A stretch of 64,000 bases of DNA from the NCBI RefSeq assembly GCF_030028105.1, contig NC_092382.1, forward strand, positions 100,394,699-100,458,698. Direction: 5' to 3'. Positions 50,950 to 62,877 of the stretch are shown here, one piece after another; within the stretch, counting starts at the first letter, position 1, and each line of letters begins with the position of its first letter. The notes beneath the pieces were generated by a model that ran no database searches, was not told the origin of the DNA, and worked only from the letters and a program-made list of their open reading frames with translations. Position numbers and translations under genes: made by a program. The DNA comes from Mobula birostris. Its lineage: Eukaryota.

Positions 50950-53170
50950 GCTTTATAAACCGAGTATAGGAGTTGGGATGTAATGTTGAAATTGTACAAG
51001 GCATTGGTAAGGCCAAATCTGGAGTATCGTGTACAGTTCCGGTCACCGAATTATAGGAAAAATGTCAACAAAATTGAGGGAGTACAGAGAAGATTTACTA
51101 GAATGTTACCTGGGTTTCATCTCCTAAGTTACAGAGAAAGGTTGAACAAGTTGGGTCTTTATTCTTTGGAGCGTAGAAGGTTGAGGGGGGACTTGATAGA
51201 GGTGTTTAAAGTTATGAGGGGGGATAGATAGAGTTGACGTGGATAGGCTTTTTCCATTGAGAGCGGGGGAGATTCAAACAAGAGGACATGAGTTGAGAGT
51301 TATGGGGATAAAAGTTTAGGGGTAACATGAGGGGGAGCTTCTTTACTCAGAGAGTGGTGGTTGTGTGGAACGAGCTTCCAGCAGAAGTGGCTGAAGCAGG
51401 TTCGATATTGTCGTTTAAAATTAAATTGGATAGATATATGGACAGGAAAGGAATGGAGGGTTATGGGCTGAGTGCAGGTCGGTGGGACTAGGTGAGAGTA
51501 AGCTAGATGGGCCGAGATGGCCTGTTTCCGTGCTGTAATTGTTATATGGTTATATGGCTATATTTTATTCAGAGTTCGAGGAGGTTTGGTTTGTCGCCGA
51601 GAACATTCGAAAATAGGACATACATGGTAAATGGTAGGGCATTGAAGAAAGCTGTAGAACAGAGGGATCTAGGAATAATGGTACATAGTTCCCTGAAGGT
51701 GGAATCTCATGTGGATAGGGTGGTGAAGAAAGCTTTTGGTTTGCTGGCCTTTATAAATCAGAGCATTCAGTATAGGAGCTGGGATGTAATGTTGAAATAC
51801 TACAATGCATTGGTGAGGCCAAAATTTGGAGTATTGTGTACAGTTCTGGTCACCGAGTTATAGGAAAGATGTCAACAAAATTGAGAGAGTACAGAGAAGA
51901 TTTACTAAAATGTTGCCTGGGTTTCATCTCCTAAGTTACAGAGAAAGGTTGAACAAGTTAGGTCTTTATTCTTTGGAGCGTAGAAGGTTGAGGGGGGGAC
52001 TTGATAGAGGTGTTTAAAATTATGAGGGGGGTAGATAGAGTTGACGTGGATAGGCTTTTTCCATTGAGAGTGGGGGAGATTCAAACAAGAGGACATGAGT
52101 TGAGAGTTAAAGGGCAAAAGTTTAGGGGCAACATGAGGGGGAACTTCTTTACTCAGAGAGTGTTAGCTGTGTGGAACGAGAAAGTGGCTAAGGCAGGTTC
52201 GATGTTGTAGGTTAAAAGTTAAAATTGGATTAGATATATGGACAGGAAAGGATTGGAGGGGTTATGGGCTGAGTGCAGGTCGGTGGGACTAGGGTGAGAG
52301 TAAGCTAGATGGGCCGAGATGGCCCTGTTTCCGTGCTGTAATTGTTATATGGTTATATGGCTATATTTTATTCAGAGTTCGAGAGGTTTGGTTTGTCACC
52401 GAGAACATTCGAAAATAGGACATACATGGTAAATGGTAGGGCATTGAAGAAAGCTGTAGAACAGAGGGATCTAGGAATAATGGTACATAGTTCCCTGAAG
52501 GTGGAATCTCATGTGGATAGGGTGGTGAAGAAAAGCTTTTGGTTTGCTGGCCTTTATAAATCAGAGCATTCAGTATAGGAGCTGGGATGTTAATGTTGAA
52601 ATACTACAATGCATTGGTGAGGCCAAATTTGGAGTATTGTGTACAGTTCTGGTCACCGAGTTATAGGAAAGATGTCAACAAAATTGAGAGAGTACAGAGA
52701 AGATTTACTAAAATGTTGCCTGGGTTTCATCTCCTAAGTTACAGAGAAAGGTTGAACAAGTTAGGTCTTTATTCTTTGGAGCGTAGAAGGTTGAGGGGGG
52801 ACTTGATAGAGGGTGTTTAAAATTATGAGGGGGGTAGATAGAGTTGACGTGGATAGGCTTTTTTCCATTGAGAGTGGGGGAGATTCAAACAAGAGGACAT
52901 GAGTTGAGAGTTAAAGGGCAAAAGTTTAGGGGCAACATGAGGGGGGAACTTCTTTACTCAGAGAGTGTTAGCTGTGTGGAACGAGAAGTGGCTAAGGCAG
53001 GTTCGATGTTGTAGGTTAAAGTTAAATTGGATAGATATATGGACAGGAAAGGATTGGAGGGTTATGGGCTGAGTGCAGGTCGGTGGGACTAGGTGAGAGT
53101 AAGAGTTCTGCACGGACTAGAAGGGCCAAGATGGCCTGTTTCCGTGCTGGAATTGTTATATGTGTTATAT
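50950..53170 (+). mobile_element. Three consecutive CR1 3' copies, the last two a near-identical ~803-bp tandem duplication
   Basis: Junction TCAGAGTTCGAG(G)AGGTTTGGTTTGTC recurs at ~51570 and ~52373. Confidence 0.85.
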
Positions 53171-53659
53171 GCAGACCCAGCAACATCCTTGTAAATTTTC
53201 TCTATAGTCTTTGAACCTTATTTACGTCCTTTCTGTAGGTCTGTGACCAGAACTGCACACAGTACTACTACGTACATCCGTCTGAGGCTGTGGGGAGCGA
53301 TTGGAGCAGAACATTTTATCCCCTCCCTCCGCAGTCACTCTTACCCCCCGGCCCCGCCGAGTACCCCACAGACACAGTTGTCCGCCACCGGCTCTCTTCC
53401 CTCCCTCTGAATCCCCAACCAGAACCCGTGGACCGTCTCTCCCCCCGCCACAGAATCCCCTTCCACAGCCCAAAGACACTTCCACACCCCCCCCCCCCCG
53501 CCCCCCGGCACCGTCTCTACCCAACAGTGAAGACCTGTATTTACCTGTAGAAACACATTTTGTGTAAACATTGCTTCAGAGGGTGATGGATGGAGTACAG
53601 CCGTGTGCAAGGATATTGTTCCTCCCGACACTCTGTGGGGGTGGGGGGGCGGGAGAGGG

Positions 53660-55860
53660 TTACGAGATTGGGAGGGTGGGAGAGAGAGAGAGAGCGGGGT
53701 GATGGGTGAGTGAGAGGACGGTGGAGAGAGGGGGCGAGATTGGGGAGAGGAGGAGATAATGGGGTAGCGGGTGAGTGAGAGGACGATGGAGAGAGAGGGA
53801 GCGAGATTGAGAGATTGGGGGAGAGGGAGATAATGGGGGTAGCGGTGGTGAGTGAGAGGACGGTGGAGAGAGGGGGCGAGATTGGGAGAGATGGGGAGAG
53901 GGAGATAATGGGGTAGCGGGTGAGTGAGGATGATGGAGAGAGGGAGCGAGATTGAGAGATTGGGGAGAGGGAGATAATGGGGTGATGGGTGAGTGAGAGG
54001 ACGGTGGAGAGAAGGAGCGAGATTGAGAGATTGGGGAGAGGGAGATAATGGGGTGATGGGTGAAGTGAGAGAGGACGGTGGAGAGAGAGGGAGCGAGATT
54101 GAGAGATTGGGGAGAGGGAGATAATGGGGGTAGCGGGGTGAGTGAGAATGATGGAGAGAGGGGGCGAGATTGAGAGATTGGGGAGAGGGAGATAATGGGG
54201 TAGCGGGTGAGTGAGAGGATGATGGAGAGAGGGGGCGAGATTGAGAGATTGGGAGAGGGAGATAATGAGGTAGCGGAGTGAGTGAGAATGATGGAGAGAG
54301 AGGGAGCGAGATTGAGAGATTGGGGGAGAGGGAGATAATGAGGTGATGGGCGAGTGAGGACGGTGGAGAGAAGGAGCGAGATTGTGCGATTGGGGGAGAG
54401 GAAGTGAGCCAAGGGGAGAGAGAGAGTGGGGCAGTGGGTGAGAGAGAGGGAGTTAAGGTTGGGGGAGAGGGAGAGCGGCGTAGAGGGTGAGTGAGAGATG
54501 AAGGGAGGGAGTGAGATTGAGAGATTGCAGGACGGAGGGAGAAGGGATGGGAGGCAGTGAACGAGATGTGGGGAGAGAGGGAGAGAGAGCACCATTGAGA
54601 GACGGAGGGAATTGGGGGGTAAAGTTGGGAGGAGAATGAAGGGTGACAGTGATAGACGGTGGGAGACACGGGGAAGGAGAGAGAGATGGGGTGGGGGGGA
54701 GAGGAGTCAGGGAAAGATGGTTTCAAGAGAGGTTGAGAAATGGGGTGGAGAGAGTACGACGGAGAGAGAGAATGAAGGGTGACAGTGATAGACGGTGGGA
54801 GACACGGGGAAGGAGAGAGATGGTGGGGGGGAGAGGAGTCAGGGAAAGATGGTTCAAGAGAGGTTGAGAAATGGGGTGGAGAGAGTACGACGGAGAGAGA
54901 GAGTGAGTGGGGAGGGGCGAGAGATATTTGGGAAGGGGGGATGGAGAGAAAGATTGTGGATAAGGATGCAGGTGGAGAAGGGTGAGACGCATAAAGGGAG
55001 GGCGGGAGAGAATTGTGGGGGCGGGGGGAGGTCGAGATTGTGAGAGAATTAGTACGTGTTTGACGAGGGGTCACGGAGGTCAGACGGAGGAGGAGATCGA
55101 GGGTGGTGGAGGGAGGAGTTGAGGGAAAGGCGTGGGTGAGAGTGTTGGGGGGAGAGGGGGATGCATAGAGAGCGGGGGTTGGCCGAGGGTGAGAGGGGGG
55201 AATGGGAAATAGGCGAGGTCCAGGGAGTGTGTGAGGAAGAGTGCAGGAGAGAGAGAAGAGGGGTGGGAAAAGGGAATGGAGAGAGTGTGTGGGGAGAGTT
55301 TGAAGAGGGAGGGGCGAGAGATTTGGGGAGTGGGATGGAGAGAGTGAGGGAGAAATGTGTAAGGAGAGAGAGCGCAGTGGGGGGAGAGGGTTTGGAGAGA
55401 GACCGAAATTGAGAGAGAAGAGGCGTGGGGTGGGAGGGAGATTAAGTCGGTGGGGGTGGGGGGAAGACAGAGTGAGATCGAGAGTACGGAGGGAGAGTTG
55501 GAAAGAGAGAGGCGAAGAAGGATTTGTGGGGGGATGGAGAATGGGGGGGAAGAGGGGTCAGGTCGGGAGGGCGATTGGGAGAGGGGAGAGAGAGGTGATG
55601 AGGGGGAAGGGCGAGAGGAAGAGGCAGCAAGACAGAGAGACGGTGAGGGTGGGGAGTGAGAAGGTGAGGAGTGGGGGAGTGGAAGAGTGAGTTTGAAAGG
55701 GAGGTGGGGAGAGGGATTAGCAGTGAGTGAGGGAGAGAGGAGACGGGAGACAAATTGGAGAACGGGATGGAGAGATCGTGTGAGGCAGGAGGAGGTTAGA
55801 AAGCGTGGGGGGAGAGGCGATGGACGGAGGGAAGCAGAAAAGGGGGAGATTGAGAGGGGA
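53660..55860 (+). repeat. GA-rich region including a ~70-bp satellite (~53690-54400) and a ~136-bp tandem duplication (~54640-54900)
   Basis: Repeated GAGAGGGAGATAATGGGGTAGCGGGTGAGTGAGAGGATGATGGAGAGAGGGAGCGAGATTGAGAGATTGGG. Confidence 0.8.
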
Positions 55861-55999
55861 AGAGAGAGGGAGATATTAATTCCACAGTCATTATTTCAAT
55901 AAACTCAATGTGCGGTGTGGTGGTGGTGGGGGCGTGGGGGGGTAGAATGGCTCAAAGTCCATTACCGGCTTGCTGAGGCGGGGGGGGGGGGGGGGGTTG

Positions 56000-57010
56000 G
56001 GAGAGGGTTAATGGTGACTAGCGGTGTGCCTCAGGGATCTGTACTGGGTCCAGTGTTATTTGTTATATATATTAATGATCTGGATGATGGGGTGGTAAAT
56101 TGGATGAGTCAGTATGCAGATGATACTAAGATAGGTGGAGCTGTGGATAATGAAGTAGGTTTTCAAAGCTTGCAGAGAGATTTAGGTCAGTTAGAAGAGT
56201 GGGCTGAAAGATGGCAGATGGAGTTTAATGCTGATAAATGTGAGGTGCTACATTTTGGTAGGATTAATCAAAATAGGACATACATGGTAAATGGTAGGGC
56301 ATTGAAGAATGCAGTAGATCAGAGGGATCTAGGAATAATGGTGCATAGTTCCCTGAAGGTGGAATCTCATGTGGATAGGGTGGTGAAGAAAGCTTTTGGT
56401 ATGCTGGCCTTTATAAATCAGAGCATTGAGTATAGGAGTTGGGATGTAATGTTGAAATTGTACAAGACATCGGTGAGGCCAAATTTGGAGTATTGTGTAT
56501 AGTTCCGGTCACCGAATGATAGGAAAAATGTCAACAAAATTGAGGGAGTACAGAGAAGATTTACTGGAATGTTACCTGGGATTCATCTCCGAAGTTACAG
56601 AGAAAGGTTGAACAAGTTAGGTCTTTATTCTTTGGAGCGTAGAAGGTTGAGGGGGGACTTGATAGAGATATTTAAAATTATGAGGGGGATTGATAGACTT
56701 GACGTGGATAGGCTCTCTCCATTGAGAGTGGGGGAGATTCAAACAAGAGGACATGAGTTGAGAGTTAAAGGGCAAAAGTTTAGGGGTAACATGAGGAGGA
56801 ACTTTTGTGGAACGAGCTTCCAGAAGAATTGGTCGAGGCAGGTTCGATGTTGTCGTTTAAAGTTAAATTGGATAGATATATGGACAGGAAAGGAATGAAA
56901 GGTTATGGGCTGAGTGCTGGGATCAGGTGACAGTAAGAGTTCAGCACGGACTAGAAGGGCCGAGATGGCCTGCTTCCGTGCAGTAACTGTTATATGGTTA
57001 TGTGGTAACA
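56000..57010 (+). mobile_element. CR1-like RT/3' fragment
   Basis: SGVPQGSVLGPVLFVIYINDLD, YADDTKI. Confidence 0.9.
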
Positions 57011-57747
57011 AAGGTTGGTAACCCCTGATCACAGCACGGGAGGAGGCCCCTCGGCCCATAGTATCTGTTCCGACCGCGATGCCAATCCAACCGACACCAT
57101 TCGCCTACAGTTGGCCCCGGACCCTCCGATCCCGGCGCACCCATGTCCCTGTCTGAATGCCTCCGAAAGGCCTCTGTCGGGCGGTAGGGAGGTCCTTTTA
57201 CAGCTGTGCCGCGCCTGGAGGATGGGGTTCCGTCCTCTGCTCACTCTGCCGCTCCGTGGACGGTTAAACGGGGACTTGGCCAGGGCGTAAAGGGGTGCAC
57301 GGAGAGGCGGAGCCGGGGCCAGTCCTGATTCCCGGGAGCGGAGAGGTATGAAGGGCGACATGAGAGTGAGGTATCAAATCGGGAGCGCGAAACTGTACCT
57401 AAAGTGGACTGGGGGCCGACTTTCCCCCGGGGTGGGGGAGTCCGACACTACGAAGCGACGGTTTAGGGTTAGAGGGCAAAGATTTGGAAGGGACCCGAGG
57501 GCAACATTTTCACGTAGAGGAGGCCCTGATACAGTAAGGAGTTGCCAGGAGAAGCGTTTGGGGCTGGTACACCTGTATTTTAATTTTACACGTGAGGATA
57601 CAGGCTGGATTAGGACTAGCCGGGTGGGCACCGCAGCCAGCACGGAATCATCGGGCCGAAGGGCCTGCCCCCCCCACCCCCCCCCCCCACCCCCCCCCGC
57701 GCCGTGCTGCTCGGTGAAGCGCTCTGCAAGTGTCAGAGCCGAGAGCG

Positions 57748-57825
57748 GGTTCTGGTACACCGTCTAACCGCCGTGCTCTAACTATGAAGCTTACTTCGGC
57801 GGCGGGACGAAGCTGGTCGTCTTGG
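57748..57825 (+). CDS. TRBJ: J-beta SNYEAYFGGGTKLVVL (J 57776-57825; 12-RSS 57748-57775)
   Basis: FGxG motif; GGTTCTGGT, 12 nt, CGCCGTG; GTGAGT donor at 57826. Confidence 0.93.
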
Positions 57826-58762
57826 GTGAGTGGATTCGCGGCACCCCCCGGCCCAAGGTGACTCGGGGAGGGAGCGGGACGAACCGGGTGCGAATAGGAC
57901 CAGGATTCGGGCTGCTTCCCACCGCAGGGAAGGGGATCGAGTGGGAGGGACACGGGGTACCCTGAAAACGCCGAGNNNNNNNNNNNNNNNNNNNNNNNNN
58001 NNNNNNNNNNNNNNNNNNNNNNNNNNNNNNNNNNNNNNNNNNNNNNNNNNNNNNNNNNNNNNNNNNNNNNNNNNNNNNNNNNNNNNNNNNNNNNNNNNNN
58101 NNNNNNNNNNNNNNNNNNNNNNNNNNNNNNNNNNNNNNNNNNNNNNNNNNNNNNNNNNNNNNNNNNNNNNNNNNNNNNNNNNNNNNNNNNNNNNNNNNNN
58201 NNNNNNNNNNNNNNNNNNNNNNNNNNNNNNNNNNNNNNNNNNNNNNNNNNNNNNNNNNNNNNNNNNNNNNNNNNNNNNNNNNNNNNNNGCTCCCTCTCGC
58301 TCTCGTCCTCTCTCTCTTTCGCCTCATTCACTCTGTTTCTCTCCCTCTCTTGGTATTTCCCTCGCCCTCTCCCTGTCACTATCTCTCTCCTTCCCTCCGC
58401 CTCTCAGTTTTGCTCCTTATTTTATCGCTTCCTTTCTCGCACTCTCGCTGTTTCTCTCTCCCTCTCTCTCTCTTTGTTCCTCCGCCTCTCTGTCTTCCTG
58501 TCTCTGTCTTTCTGTCTCTCTCACTCACTCTGCCTTCCATCTCTCTTTCTTTTTCCCTCCACTCATTCTCCNNNNNNNNNNNNNNNNNNNNNNNNNNNNN
58601 NNNNNNNNNNNNNNNNNNNNNNNNNNNNNNNNNNNNNNNNNNNNNNNNNNNNNNNNNNNNNNNNNNNNNNNNNNNNNNNNNNNNNNNNNNNNNNNNNNNN
58701 NNNNNNNNNNNNNNNNNNNNNNNNNNNNNNNNNNNNNNGGAGACGAAGAAATAAAGAAACAT

Positions 58763-58977
58763 TTCTGTGGGAGAAGTTGACAGCTAGATTTGTCCAGGAG
58801 AGTCTAGGAGTTTGACAGCTGCGTTGAGAGTCCGTCCCGGAGCCCCGACACAGCCGCAAGTCCGAACGGCTTAACTAAACTTGCGGCTGAGTCCGGGCTC
58901 CGGGACGGGATGCCAACGCCGCTGTAAAACTCCCAGACTGTCCTGGACATTTCTAGCTTTCAAACTCTCCCACAGAA
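58763..58977. repeat. Foldback (MITE-like) element with ~99-bp imperfect inverted arms and a 17-nt loop
   Basis: 58763-58861 is the reverse complement of 58879-58977, e.g. CTGTGGGAGA...CAGCCGCAAGT / ACTTGCGGCTG...TCTCCCACAG. Confidence 0.85.
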
Positions 58978-59099
58978 CTGCCGGCCAAGTGGCTACTACC
59001 TGCCACCGACAAAGAAACGAGGCCTTTCTGCACAAATTGTCCACGCCGACCAAACTCGCCCTCTATGGCAGTCGCATTTCCCCCCGCGTTTGCTCCATA

Positions 59100-60790
59100 T
59101 GCCTCCGAATCTGTCCCAGCAATGTTCAGAGTTTATAAAACAACAATGAGGTCTCACTTGGAGCATTGTGCGCATGTTTGGGCCCACTATTTTAGAAAAG
59201 ATGCGCTGAAACTGGAGAGGGTTCAAAGGATGTTCAACGAAAATAATTCCAGGATTAAACAGCTTGTCACAGGAGGAGTGCTTGATGGCTCCTGGCCTGT
59301 ACTCACTGGAATTTAAATGAATGAGGGGTGATCTATTTGAAACCTATAGTACAGTGAAAGGCCTTGACAGCAGGTATGGAGAGGATGTCTCCTGTAGTGG
59401 GGGAGTCTAGGACCAGAGGACCCAGATAGAGTGGATGTGGAGAGGATGTTTCCTGTAGTGGGGGAGTCTCGGACCAGAAGACACAGATAGAGTGGATGTG
59501 GAGAGGATGTTTCCTGTAGTGGGGGAGTCTAGGACCAGAGGACACAGATAGAGTGGATGTGGAGAGGATGTTTCCTGTGGTCGGGGAGTCGCGGACCAGA
59601 GGACACAGATAGAGTGGATGTGGAGAGGATGTTTCCGACAGTTGGGGAGTCTAAGACCAGAGGACACAGATAGAGTGGATGTGGAGAGGATGTTTCCTAT
59701 AGTGGAGGAGTCTAGGACCAGAGGACACAGAGAGTGGATGTGGAGAGAATGTTTCCTGTAGTGGGGGGAGTCTAGGACCAGAGGACACAGATAGATTGGA
59801 TGTGGAGAGGATGTTTCCTGTAGTGGGGGAGTCTGGGACCAGAGGACACAGATAGAGTGGATGTGGAGAGGATGTTTCCGGTAGTGGGGGAGTCTCGGAC
59901 CAGAGGACACAGATAGAGTGGATGTGGAGAGGATGTTTCCTGTAGTGGAGGAGTCTAGGACCAGAGGACACAGATAGAGTGGATGTGGAGAGGATGTTTC
60001 CTGTAGTGGGGGAGTCTAGGATCAGAGGACACAGATAGAGTGGATGTGGAGAGGATGTTTCCTGTAGTGGGGGGAGTCTAGGACCAGAGGACACAGATAG
60101 ATTGGATGTGGAGAGGATGTTTCCTGTAGTGGGGGAGTCTAGGACCAGAGGACACAGATAGAGTGGATGAGGAGAGGATGTTTCCTGTAGTGGGGGAGTC
60201 TAGGACCAGAGGACACAGATAGAGTGGATGTGGAGAGGATGTTTCCTGTAGTGGGGGGAGTCTAGGACCAGAGGACACAGATAGATTGGATGTGGAGAGG
60301 ATGTTTCCTGTAGTGGGGGAGTCTAGGACCAGAGGACACAGATAGAGTGGATGAGGAGAGGATGTTTCCTGTAGTGGGGGAGTCTAGGACCAGAGGACAC
60401 AGATAGAGTGGATGTGGAGAGGATGTTTCCTGTAGTGGGGGAGTCTAGGATCAGAGGACACAGATAGAGTGGATGTGGAGAGGATGTTTCCTGTAGTGGG
60501 GGAGTCTAGGACCAGAGGACACAGGCACAAAACAGAGAAGCTCCCTGTCAGGACTGGGATAAGGGGGGACCTTCATTAGCCAGAGAGTGGAGTACCGGTG
60601 CAATTCGTTGCCACAGTTAGCTGTGGAGTATATTTAAGTATATAAGTAAGTCTTTAAGTATATTTAAGGCAGAGGTTACAGATTCTGTATTGCTCAGGGC
60701 TTGAAAGGATTTCGGGAGAATGTTGGAGCAGAGTCGATGGGCCGAATGGCCGAATTCTGCCCCCATATCTAACGGTCTTATTGTCTCGCA
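59100..60790 (+). repeat. CR1 fragment with 61-bp tandem array (~19 units, ~59375-60525)
   Basis: Same 61-bp unit with CR1 flanks on both sides. Confidence 0.9.
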
Positions 60791-61199
60791 CGGCCGTCCA
60801 AGTTATCCGGTTACTGGTTTATTTTTGTCACATACACCGAGGGAGGGTGGAAACGTGGTTCTAAGTGGCATTCGGAACTGACGCTTTCAATCGCCAGAGT
60901 ATCGCGGTAGTTGACGATAAAACGATAACGGAACGCAGACCCACCAGGCCCAAGGACAGTTTCCACCCCGCTGGTATCAGACTGTTGAACGGTCCCCTGG
61001 CGGGATCAGATGGAATCTTGACCTCGCGACCTCCCTCGTCGCGGCCCCCTTGCACCTTATCGTCTGCCTGCACTGCACTCTCTCTGTAACTGTGACCCTT
61101 CATTCTCTGTTCTGCTCTTGTTTCTCTTTTGTGCTCCCAGCTACACGTATCCCATGGTGGGAGAGTCTGGGACAGGAGGACACAGTATCAGGATATAAC

Positions 61200-62120
61200 C
61201 ATATAGCCATTTAACAACTACAGCTCGGAAACAAGCCATCATGTCCCTTCGAGTCTGTGCCGAACTCTTACTCTCACCTAGTCCCACCGACCTGCACTCA
61301 GCCCATAACTCTCCATTCCTTTCCTGCCCATGTAGCTGTCCAACTTAAATTTAAACCACAACATCAAACCTGTCTCGACCACTTCTGCTGGAAGCTCGTT
61401 CCACACAGCCACTACTCTCTGAATAAAGAAGTTGCCCCTCATGCAACCCCTAAACTTTTGCCCCCTAACTCTCAACTCATGTCCTCTTGTTTGAATCTCC
61501 CACACTCTCAATGGAAAAAGCCTATCCACGTCAACTCTATCCATCCCTCTCGTAAACTTAAATACCTCTATCAAGTCCCCCCTCAACCTTCTACGCTCCA
61601 AAGAATAAAGACCCAACTTGTTCAACCTTTCTCTGTAACTTAGGAGATGAAACCCAGGTAACATTCTAATAAACCTCCTCTGTACTCTCTCTATTTTTTG
61701 ACAACTTTCCTATAATTCGTTGACCAGAACTGTACACAATACTCCAAATTTGTCCTCACCAATGCCTTATACAATTTCAACGTTACATCCCAACTCATAT
61801 ACACAATGCTCTGATTTATAAAGGCCAGCATACCAAAAAGCTTAGAGGGGATCTCTTTCAAAACAGAGATGCGGAGAAATTTCTTTCGCCAGATGGTGGT
61901 GAATTTGTGGAATTTGTTTCCACATGCAGTTGTGGAGGCCAGGTCGATGGGTATATTTAAGGCAGAGATTGATAGGTTCTGGCTTGGACACGGGGAGAAG
62001 ATCGAGGACTGGGGTTGAGGAGGAGATAAAACAAAGAGGATCAGCTATGATTCACTGGCGGAGCAGACTCGATGTGTCAGTTGGCCTAATTCTGCCCCTA
62101 TGTCTTATGGTCTTATGGTT
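61200..62120. mobile_element. CR1-like 3' fragments (minus ~61200-61840, plus ~61840-62120)
   Basis: GDLIEVFK, NFFIQRVVAVWNELP. Confidence 0.8.
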
Positions 62121-62534
62121 TTATGTAGACGCGTGTTGACATTGGGTCTGGTCCCGTTGAAGATGCATTGGTTCAAGAGTGATTTGTAAGTCTGGATTCG
62201 GAGCCAGCTTGTCCAGTTTATTTTTCGCGTGTCCATCGACTCGTGCATGTGAAAGGCTTCGCCTGCGAGGGAGGGCCTGCGAGCGGCCCGCAAGTGTGTC
62301 CGCACAAGCCGGCGCCTGCGCAGCCGCTCCGCTAACTCTGCATGGAGGCCCGTGGCCGGTGAGGCTCCGCGGGGAACCGCGCTGAGACCTCGGTTGCCCG
62401 TGGCTTGAATGGAAGTGTAGTCGGGTGGATTGACGGAGCTGTGGGCAGCGTGGAGGGCTGTCGGGAACGCAGCTGGAAGAGTTATTTCTGGTTTATTGTT
62501 ACCGGTGTGTGTGTCTGTTGGCACTGGGTGTGTT

Positions 62535-62815
62535 GGCCCGTGGCCAAGTGCTCAGGGCGTTTGTCTAGTGATCTGAAGGTCGCTAGTTCAAGCCTCAGCT
62601 GAGGCAACTTGTGTGTCCTTGAGCGAGGCACTTAACCACACATTCCTCTGCGACGACACCGGTCCTAGTGCCCTTCCCTTGGACAACATCGGTGGCGTGG
62701 AGAGGGGAGACTTGCAGCATGGGCAACTGCTGGTCTTCCGTACAACCTTGCCCCGTCCTGCGCCCTGGAAACCTTCCAAGGCGCAAATCCATGGTCCCAT
62801 GAGACTTACGGGTCC
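62535..62815 (+). mobile_element. tRNA-derived SINE, same family as 34587-34864
   Basis: GTGGCCAAGTG...TAGTTCAAGCC...GTGTCCTTGAGCGAGGCACTTAACC. Confidence 0.8.
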
Positions 62816-62877
62816 CTATATTGTTATTGGAGCGGCGGAGGGTGACGGAAGATCTGCTGGATGTTTTAGATTACGAG

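Noticed and set aside
53341-55074. 577-aa Ser/Pro/Leu-rich ORF
   Set aside because: Translation of a GA-rich satellite; no domain structure or splice context.
37-58738. N runs (37-185, 12897-13053, 25043-25231, 25373-25517, 57976-58288, 58572-58738)
   Set aside because: Unknown or masked sequence, mostly next to simple repeats; content cannot be assessed, though a short J could hide there.
62440-62490. J-like GGAACGCAGCTG (GTQL) fragment
   Set aside because: No FGxG, no RSS at the right spacing, no splice donor.
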